A stretch of DNA of 29,600 bases. Source: Azolla caroliniana. Lineage: Eukaryota > Plantae > Polypodiophyta. The position numbers and the translations under genes are program-made. The DNA is taken from the NCBI GenBank assembly GCA_043228905.1, contig JBHGNT010000386.1, positions 1 through 29,600 on the forward strand, in the 5' to 3' direction. The notes beneath the pieces were generated by a model. That model ran no database searches and was not told where the DNA came from. It saw only the letters and a list, made by a program, of their open reading frames with translations. This document shows positions 21,694 to 29,600 of the stretch, in pieces. The first letter of the stretch is position 1, and every line of letters begins with the position of its first letter.

Positions 21694-22131
21694 TGTCATG
21701 AGATGGCAAGACTCGAACCCATGACCTTATGGTATATGGGTCGAGCTCTTAACCATCTCACCATCTATTGTAATTCATAGAATATTATTTTCATTTATGT
21801 TTTATTATAAGAAAGTAATGTATATTCCAGATTTCTCTGGAACATTCTAGAAGCTTCAGGATTATTCCTGAGAACACTATAAAAGAAGGCACTAAGCATT
21901 ATGTTGAACCAAATTGGTTCAACACCAGTCTTAAGCCTCTTAGTCGATTTGTACTTATCATTCATATAATATAAGAGCTGTTGTCATCATCCTATTTCTC
22001 TCTCTCTCTCCTCTTCTCACTTCCTCTCTCTCGGGAATCTTACGCAGTCCCGTCCTCTTAGTACTAATAGTACTAATAGTACTACTCTTCTTAGTACTAA
22101 TTCCATCTCTGTTTTAGTACTATTCCTGACA
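21694..22131 (+). repeat. 3' LTR of element C (438 bp)
   Basis: Direct repeat of 16518-16895 with 60 extra bp at 21705-21764. Confidence 0.97.
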
Positions 22132-22136
22132 ATTCC

Positions 22137-23226
22137 CGGCTTGATCGTCTTTAGATTCTCTCTTCCGACTCGTATTCCCGCCGATGCGGCGTAGTGCATG
22201 GCTTCCACATGCCTTGCATCTTCCACTTCCATGATCTTTTTCAGCCCGCCTCTTCCGAAGTTCACTCGTAGCGGCTTTAGGGTCTCGCTCGAGTGAATCA
22301 TGTTGCCGTCCAAATAGACGACATTCTTGCGAATCGCGTCTTGCAAGTCAGTGCACTCCCTTCGTGAGTGCTCGAAGCTGTCGCACCACACACATCTATA
22401 TGCTTCTTTTCCCTTTGGCCCGTGTCGACCTAAGTTGGCCAATGATACCACTTCAAACTTCTTGGAAAGCTCTTCGATTATAGATTCCTCCATCGCTTTC
22501 TTGTCGAAATTGTTGATCGGCTTGTTAGAATCAATCGTCAAAGGTGCATTCCTCCTCCACGATTGTGGATTCTCCATATCAGTTTCCTCTTGCCATTGTT
22601 GACGCTTATCAAGACAGCTACAAGCCTTCTTCACCGTTGCCTAGTCCGCCACCAAGCTATTTGGTTGTGTTTCATCCTCCAAAAAGTTACCCAATTCACG
22701 CCGATCTTTGGCATCCATTTGCCTTCAGGAATAGTAGGACTTTATCTCCATCGAGAACTCGTTGATCAACACTCGGAAGTCAGTTATACTTCTGGTCGAA
22801 TTCGGCATATACTCCAAACGCACACATATTCTTCCCTTTCTTCTCGATCCAAGACATTAGCGTATGTCGAGTCATCCGCGATGCGTCTTCAAGAATGTAT
22901 TCGGCGAGAAGCGCCTTTTCGAACTCCGCCCTAGTTGCATGCTCACTTTGGATCTCCATGATGCGCTCGTGGATCTGTGGTTCCACCACACGTTTGAAGC
23001 TAGAAATTTGTTTGAGATCGTTGACATCCCTTTGTTGCATCTCATTCCGATAGGTAGCAAGAAGATCTGTGATGTTCTTGCCACCAAATCGTCCAGCAAT
23101 CTCGACCGTACGATCAATAGCTTTGTCGATTAAAGCTTCTCGATCTCTCACCTTCAGCATGTATTCCACTATGGACACCATACCTTTCGTTAATTCCTCT
23201 CCTTGAGTTCCGCTTGTTGAAGCCAT
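22137..23226 (-). pseudogene. gag: N-terminal gag of element B, fragmented
   Basis: ATG at 23226 (MASTSG); GRFGGKNITDLL; CCHC CVWCDSFEHSRREC; several stops and frameshifts. Confidence 0.87.
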
Positions 23227-23257
23227 TGTTGCACTTGATATCCTTCCTACCGCCTCT

Positions 23258-23275
23258 TTCACGTCGGGTTCACCA
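23258..23275 (-). other. Primer-binding site of element B, tRNA-Trp
   Basis: TGGTGAACCCGACGTGAA, 8 nt from the LTR end. Confidence 0.88.
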
Positions 23276-23734
23276 CTTAATTATGTCGTGAAAATCCGTC
23301 ACTATGTGTGGATCGTGAGGCAGAACCGCCGGGGTTCTGGACTAGAAGGATTTAGTGCAACACGTACAACACAAGCAAGTTTTAAGCATAAGACAAGTGG
23401 GAGAGACGAATCATTTGTTTATTGCAAAAGAAAATCGATTCTTTATAATTTCAGAATCGTGTTACAATGGGTTGGGTATGGAAATGAGAGATTAGTTTTT
23501 CAAAGAAAGGAGCCAACAACCATGCAAGGAGTGGTCTGATATGAATACGAGAGATAATTTTTTACAAGAGAGCTCAAGTCAACAAAGCTAAGAGTTTGAT
23601 ATCAATATGTGAGATAATTTTCTTCTCAAATCCGAGAGGGAAGAAGAAAGAAGGGGAAAAAAAAAGAAAAAAAAACTAGGAGGGAAAAAATGGGACATAT
23701 ATCGAGCTCCTCGTTGATCCTCCTCCCCAATGTT

Positions 23735-23870
23735 ACTTTGCATGCCCACTTTTAGTCGGATGGCCTCTATTTTTAGTTGCATGGCCTCTGGTTTTAGTCG
23801 CATGCTTCCATTTTTAGATGCATGCCCTTTTACTTTTAGTTGCATGGCCTTGGCTTTTGGTTGCATGCGA
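23735..23870. repeat. Degenerate ~21-bp minisatellite in B's LTR
   Basis: About 6-7 copies resembling TTTTAGTTGCATGGCCTCT. Confidence 0.75.
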
Positions 23871-23959
23871 TTGTCCGTATAATTCGGCCAAATGACACAA
23901 TCATCCATAAAGTTTAGCCCGTGCGCAATCCGTACGTGCGTCGCAACCAAACCGTAGAC

Positions 23960-24480
23960 GCGTTAGCGCGCAAAAGTCTCGACCACGTAGTAATGTATGC
24001 ATCCACGCATGCGCACGTCCCGACCGCGCCGTAGTGTACGCATCCACGCGCGCACACGTCCAACCCACACCGTATACGCATCCGCGCACAAAAGTCTCGT
24101 CCGCGCCGTAGTGTACGCATCCACGCATGCGCGCGTGCGCACACACGCGTCCGCGCCACACATACGCGTTCGTCCGAAACGTCCACGCGTATGCCCGAAA
24201 CTTGCACACACGCGTACATCCAAAGACGTCCATGCGCGCGTACCTCCGAAAACGTCCACGCAGCCATGTAGACGCGCACAAAAGTCTCGTCCGCGCCGTA
24301 GTGTACGCATCCACGCATGCACGCGTGCACACACAAGCGTCCGCGCCGCACATACGCGTTCGTCCGAAACGTCCACGCGTACGCCCGAAACTTGCACACG
24401 CGCGTACATCCAAAGACGTCCATGCGCGTACTTTTGAAAACGTCCACGCAACCATGTAGACGCGCATACGCCCGAAGCGT
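23960..24480. repeat. CpG-rich alternating purine/pyrimidine repeat array with a 190-bp tandem unit in B's LTR
   Basis: AAAGTCTCGTCCGCGCC at 24091 and 24281 (period 190), with a partial copy near 23973. Confidence 0.88.
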
Positions 24481-24717
24481 GCACACCACATAGTGTAACC
24501 CAAGTCACCTTGAACATCCTATCCTCCACACATTGATAGAATGAATATGTTTTGGTTTCCCTTATATATTCTGGGTTCCAATGTTGTCCTATCTATGTGG
24601 GATATCTCACAAATTTGTCTTTTCTTTTCTTTTCTTCAAACTTTATACTCACATAACTTGATACTTGTTTATCCGTTTTATGCGTAGTAAAATACGCTAT
24701 GAAGCTCTTTAACACAT

Positions 24718-25636
24718 CTATCTTTCCATATCCATAGATTAAGCTAATCGTAAATAATTATTTTATTAGTTTTCATATCGTGTGTGAAAAACCACACGAC
24801 AACGTGTCAAATCACATGACGAGCCACAAGGAGTGGTTCTCGTACCTTGAGAAATAGACACAACCAGGAGTAGTGGCAACTGGAGATTGTTGGGAGACAG
24901 GTCCCTCCGGATAGGAAGTGAGGAGAACCGGATGAGGAGTACCCGGCAAGAGCCGGATGGTGAAGGCCCGGTGAAAAGTGCTCACCGGATGAAGGGACAT
25001 ATTCGTAAATATGTTTCCTGAGACGCCATCGGGGCTATATTTGTAAATAGACGAAAAGTCATATTACTATAAATATGACTTAGGGCAAACTTAGAGTGTG
25101 TTGCTGTCATTCTTGTTGGCACAAGATCAGAGAGCGCATAACAGTGTACAAAGAGACTATCTTTCCATATCCATATATTAAGCTAATCGTAAATAATTAT
25201 TTTACTAGTTTTCATATCGTGTGTGAAAAACCACACGACAACGTGTCAAATCACATGACGAGCCACAAGGAGTGGTTCTCGTACCTTGAGAAACAGACAC
25301 AACTAGGAGTAGTCGCAACTAGAGATGGTTGGGAGACAGGTCCCTCCGGATAGGAAGTGAGGAGAACCGGATGAGGAGTACCCAGCTACGGAAGACCCGG
25401 TGAGAACCAGATGAGGAGTACCCAGCAAGAGCCGGATGGTGAAGGCCCGGTGAGAAGTGCTCACCGGATTAAGGGACATATTCGTAAATATGTTTCCTGA
25501 GAGGCCATCGAGGCTATATTTGTAAATAGACAAAAAGTCATATTAGTATAAATATGACTTAGGGCAAACTTAGAGTGTGTTGTTGTCATTCTTGTTGGCG
25601 CAAGATCAGAGAGCGCATAACAGTGTACACAGAGAG
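24718..25636. repeat. Tandem duplication (439-bp and ~480-bp copies) spanning B's terminus and its flank
   Basis: CTATCTTTCCATATCC starts at 24718 and 25157; the copies align up to the (GA)n tract; the second copy has 40 extra bp. Confidence 0.93.
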
Positions 25637-25939
25637 AGAGAGAGAGAGAGGAAGAGGTCGTTGCCTCTGTTGTAACCACCGCCTGTGGCGAAGATCGTGA
25701 GCGCGAGGTCGTTGTCTCCGTGAGCTCATTGTTGTAACCATTGTGATATAGTGATAGTTTGGAGTTTGTGGACTCCCATGGTTTTTTACCCCCTCTCAGG
25801 GTTTTCCACGTTAAACATCATGTGTACTCTTCTCTCCTTTGTGTCGTGCGTTCGTTATCCGTTTTCTGTGTTTGATCTTAGTCTCGGTTGTGGCCGAGCG
25901 TTGTTCATCGGAGCGTGTAGTTCCTGACAAAGTGGTATC
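24802..25939 (+). mobile_element. LTR of element D with truncated tRNA-Met PBS; left boundary uncertain
   Basis: TATAAATA near 25547; (GA)n; U5-like GGGTTTTCCACGTTAAA; ends CCTGACA at 25929, then AAG-TGGTATC cut by element E. Confidence 0.72.
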
Positions 25940-26577
25940 TGTGAAAGTGTTTTTAGAATTCAAGGTATTGAAGTCTACAAGAATATAAGGTATGGTGCGT
26001 TCACATCCGGAGGGCAAGATCACGAGCTAAGGTCTTGAGGATAAGTCAAACAAAAAGCAAGTCACGTGGAGAAAAGTAAAAGAAGAAAAAAGTGGGCACC
26101 AAAATGCAGTCTACAACGAACGCTCATAACTCATTCGTTTGGAAGCCAAATATAATGTGTAAATATGGGTTAGAAAGCTTATGACGAGAGCTATCCGTAG
26201 CTTTTTAAAACTCTAAATTTGGAGCATGGATGAGGGAGATATGACGATTAGAAGATCGTTGTATCATAGCTAAGAATAGGAGATGGAAAAGCTGTAAAAA
26301 AAGCGTGGAAAAGAAAGCAAGTGAAACTTATCTACTAGAGGAGAACTTCATATAAAGCAAGAAGAGTGAGGTGGTGAGGAGAGCTTTTTCTGGTGGGGTT
26401 TTTCTTGCCTATTCATGTAGTGCGTTTTTTCTAGTGATCAATTCATCCTTGTAGGCTTGAGTTTATGTATCTTCTTTTTCTTGTTTCTATGATCATCACT
26501 CCTTATTAATATATCTTTGTAGATTTGGGTTTCTATATCTTGCTTCTCTCTCTTTTCTATCATCATCTCTCTTTTCA
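25940..26577 (+). repeat. 5' LTR of element E
   Basis: TGTGAAAG...CTTTTCA, followed by the PBS. Confidence 0.93.
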
Positions 26578-26674
26578 TTTTTGGCGCTCCAGGGAGGGTC
26601 GATCCTTTCTGTATAACGGGAGGAACGGTTGTCCACTAATTGATGGTTGGATCTACCGATTCATCATCAAACTA

Positions 26675-28348
26675 ATGGCACGACATGGAGTTCGCGATGC
26701 GACAGATCTACGAAGAGAACTTTTCCAATTGCGTATGGTTTCACCAATGTGCTACCTCGAGTATGAGAAGACGTTTTTGGATATATGGTCCACTTGGATT
26801 GGACTTGTTGGAGGCGTTGAAGATGTATACTTCAAGATGGAAAGATTCAAAGCAGGGCTAGATCCATATTTTTAATATGAAGTGCATATGAAGTACCCAA
26901 GGTCTTTCCATGATTTGCTTCGAGTATGTCAAAGTTATGATCAACAATTGAAGAAGTTGTTATTCGGTGAAGCATATGGAGTATCGGCGTCATATACCAT
27001 AAATTCAAGCTATAATAATTATGGATCGGTCATGAGCCAACAACCAGCCTACTTGCAATGTCCGATTCAACAGGTTCCCTCATATCATTATTCTAATTTT
27101 TGGAGTTATAATGATGTCTACGAAGGTGATTCCAGAGACAATGAAGAAGAGGTGATGAATGTGGAGTTCCCCCATCTAGTTCATGAGGACAACCATGATA
27201 TAAAGAATGATGATGTGAAAGACGAATCTAATGAGATTGTTATGAGAAGCGATGTTATGGATGGTGATGCCAATGTACATCATGTTGAGGGCATTATTGA
27301 TACAACAAGCGATATGGTGGTTGATGATGAATATGTGCAAGATGAAATGGAAGATATGACAAAAGAAGTTGTTGATGGTGAAGTACCCCCAACGAAGTTG
27401 CAAGATGAAGAAGGTAACCTAGAAGTGATAGCTGGAGATTGGCTTTTGGAGATCAATGCGTGTAAGGAAGCATTGGTAAGTGCCAAGATGCAGTGTATGA
27501 AGGTGTTTGTGCAAGATTTGTGTTTTGGATTTGCATTGAGTAGCAACAAAGTTATGTGGGCATCAACTCTTCAACAACAATTTGACCAAGAGCCAAGAGA
27601 TTTACTTGTAATGCATGATTGGAGTATCATTAACTTATCACCATCAAAGGATCCACCACAACTAATCAAATGTATAAAGGAGAAGGAATCATCTATCGAC
27701 ATTGGCAAGCAAGAAGAGGAAAGCATAACAATTGATGAATATTCGTGGGATAGGGAAAACAAATCATTCCACATGGTGTCTAAGGAGGAAGAAGAAGTCA
27801 TTGAAGAGAAAAGTATTATCACCCTAAAGGGGAAAAAGAAGATGATTTCAAACGATGTCCAAGGAGAAGAGGATCTAAGGTTTATTTCTCTCTTTTTTAA
27901 GTTTACAAAGTTATTCATAAATAAGTATTCACAGATAAGAGTAGAAGGCATCAAGCACCACATCAAGTTGGAGAATTTGAAGTTTGTCTCACTTATTGTG
28001 GTTGTTCCAAAGGAGAAAGACGTCAACTTCCAATCCTTGAATGATTCAACCAAACGAGATTTATTTTTGCTTCCTTTTTGAGATGAGATTCTAGATGAAA
28101 TGGTCATACATAGAAAACAAGGTAATGTGGAGAATGTGGTGTGCCAAGAAGAAAGTCATGTTGATGAAGCAAAGATTGACATAATTCAAAATATGACAAT
28201 TCTGACAAGTCTCGAAGCTTTGAAGGTATTTGTACAAAAGGTTCGCTCGCTCGAAAGATTTATTCATATGTTAACATGCTTACTTCTATCAAGAGTTATG
28301 TATCACATAGACCTACTTCTGTTTGGAAAGTTGATGAAGATATACTAA
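26675..28348 (+). pseudogene. Gag-like ORF of element E (capsid C-terminal-domain-like start plus long acidic tail), two premature stops
   Basis: The three listed ORFs (26525, 26882, 28100) share one frame, broken by TAA at 26873 and TGA at 28079. ELFQLRM...EYEKTF...RFKAGLDPY...PRSFHDLL resembles the retrotransposon gag pattern. Confidence 0.72.
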
Positions 28349-28594
28349 TTGTTGTAACCTCTTTCTTTGTGTTGACAAGGAGAAAGATGGTGATGGCAAT
28401 TGTCAATGTGTATGTGTGTGTGTTTAGAAGTGTGAGGTTTTTCCTATCGACTAGCGGGGGTTTTACTCACATCATTTGTTTTTATCTCCTTCTTTGTCTA
28501 TAGCCATGAATAAGGCGAAGGAGAACCTTTAGTTTTATTAGTAGCTTAGGGTTCACCATAAATGGTTCACAAAAAAGCAAGGGGGAGGGCTAAA

Positions 28595-29231
28595 TGTGAA
28601 AGTGTTTTTAGAATTCAAGGTATTGAAGTCTACAAGAATATAAGGTATGGTGCGTTCACATCCGGAGGGCAAGATCACGAGCTAAGGTCTTGAGGATAAG
28701 TCAAACAAAAAGCAAGTCACGTGGAGAAAAGTAAAAGAAGAAAAAAGTGGGCACCAAAATGCAGTCTACAACGAACGCTCATAACTCATTCGTTTGGAAG
28801 CCAAATATAATGTGTAAATATGGGTTAGAAAGCTTATGACGAGAGCTATCCGTAGCTTTTTAAAACTCTAAATTTGGAGCATGGATGAGGGAGATATGAC
28901 GATTAGAAGATCGTTGTATCATAGCTAAGAATAGGAGATAGAAAAGCTGTAAAAAAAGCGTGGAAAAGAAAGCAAGGGAAACTTATCTACTAGAGGAGAA
29001 CTTCATATAAAGCAAGAAGAGTGAGGTGGTGAGGAGAGCTTTTTCTGGTGGGGTTTTTCTTGCCTATTCATGTAGTGCGTTTTTTCTAGTGATCAATTCA
29101 TCCTTGTAGGCTTGAGTTTATGTATCTTCTTTTTCTTGTTTCTATGATCATCACTCCTTATTAATATATCTTTGTAGATTTGGGTTTCTCTATCTTGCTT
29201 CTCTCTCTTTTCTATCATCATCTCTCTTTTC
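28595..29231 (+). repeat. 3' LTR of element E, terminal A missing
   Basis: Direct repeat of 25940-26576, following the PPT. Confidence 0.93.
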
Positions 29232-29235
29232 TATA

Positions 29236-29600
29236 TCCCTAGAGCGCCAAAAATGAAAAGAGAGATGATGATAGAAAAGAGAGAGAAGGAAGATATAGAA
29301 CCCAAATCTACAAAGATAGATTAATAAGGAGTGATTATCATAGAAACAAGAAAAAGAAGATACATAAACTCAAGCCTACAAGGATGAATTGATCACTAGA
29401 AAAAACGCACTACATGAATAGGCAAGAAAAACCCCACAAGAAAAAAGCTCTCCTCACCACCTCACTCTTCTTGCTTTATATGAAGTTCTCCTCTAGTAGA
29501 TAAGTTTCGCTTGCTTTCTTTTCCACGCTTTTTTTAGAGCTTTTCCATCTCCTATTCTTAGCTATGATACAACGATCTTCTAATCGTCATATCTCCCTCA
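29236..29600 (-). mobile_element. Inverted E-family LTR with 14 nt of PBS, running off the window
   Basis: Reverse complement reads ...CTTTTCA-TTTT-TGGCGCTCTAGGGA and matches about 26230-26595. Confidence 0.92.

Larger units (their letters stand above)
16518..22131 (+). mobile_element. Chromovirus-type Ty3/Gypsy element C (Tcn1/Tf1-like), full length, recent
   Basis: LTRs at 16518-16895 and 21694-22131; TSD ATTCC (16513-16517, 22132-22136); gag, then pol with C-terminal chromodomain; no tRNA PBS. Confidence 0.97.
11409..24801 (-). mobile_element. Ty3/Gypsy LTR retrotransposon B, relative of A, degenerate; hosts A in its 3' LTR and C in its gag
   Basis: 5' LTR at 23284-24801, Trp PBS, gag-pro, pol, PPT at 12006-12017, partial 3' LTR at 11409-12005. 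Confidence 0.93.
23284..24801 (-). repeat. 5' LTR of element B (1518 bp)
   Basis: TGTCGTG...CACGACA terminal inverted repeat; next to the PBS; right part matches 11409-12005. Confidence 0.92.
25940..29231 (+). mobile_element. Non-autonomous gag-only LTR retrotransposon E (TR-GAG-like)
   Basis: 638-bp LTRs at 25940-26577 and 28595-29231 (3 visible substitutions); PBS TGGCGCTCCAGGGAGGG near 26582; PPT AAGGGGGAGGG near 28579; 2-kb interior without pol. Confidence 0.9.

Noticed and set aside
21697-21767. Functional tRNA gene
   Set aside because: D and anticodon arms do not form a proper cloverleaf; kept only as a tRNA-like module.
23901-24529. ORFs of 110-200 aa in five frames; possible CRISPR-like array
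   Set aside because: This is a tandem LTR satellite with no unique spacers, no cas genes and low-complexity translations.
25244-25248. TGTCA as the definite left end of D's LTR
   Set aside because: A 5-bp match to the TGACA end could be chance, and no second D LTR is in the window to confirm it.
28100-28503. env-like gene in element E
   Set aside because: Only short hydrophobic stretches in T-rich sequence; no signal peptide or fusion-protein motifs.

Overview
The window is a nest of plant LTR retrotransposons, with no host gene that I can support. The host is probably a non-seed plant (bryophyte, lycophyte or fern); this is inferred only from the element types. Seven element pieces resolve. 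(A) GC-rich Ty3/Gypsy element, minus strand, 1-11408, tRNA-Trp PBS, inserted into the 3' LTR of (B). (B) An AT-richer relative of A, minus strand, 11409-24801. (Cp) A young Ty1/Copia element, minus strand, 3417-8789, TSD CATCC, inserted in A's pol. (C) A young chromodomain-bearing Gypsy element, plus strand, 16518-22131, TSD ATTCC, inserted in B's gag. (D) An LTR with a tRNA-Met PBS, ending at 25929. (E) A gag-only non-autonomous element, 25940-29231, inserted into D's PBS. (E') An inverted LTR plus PBS of the E family, 29236 to the window end. The most notable sequence signals are: a conserved G-GAU-UUU slippery site with pseudoknot placing the protease in ORF1 of A and B; a D-H-G protease motif in both; Tf1-style self-priming plus a G-UUA-AAC frameshift in C; an antisense tRNA-like module in one LTR of C; and a head-to-head LTR palindrome at the right end. 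All coordinates and alignments were read by eye.
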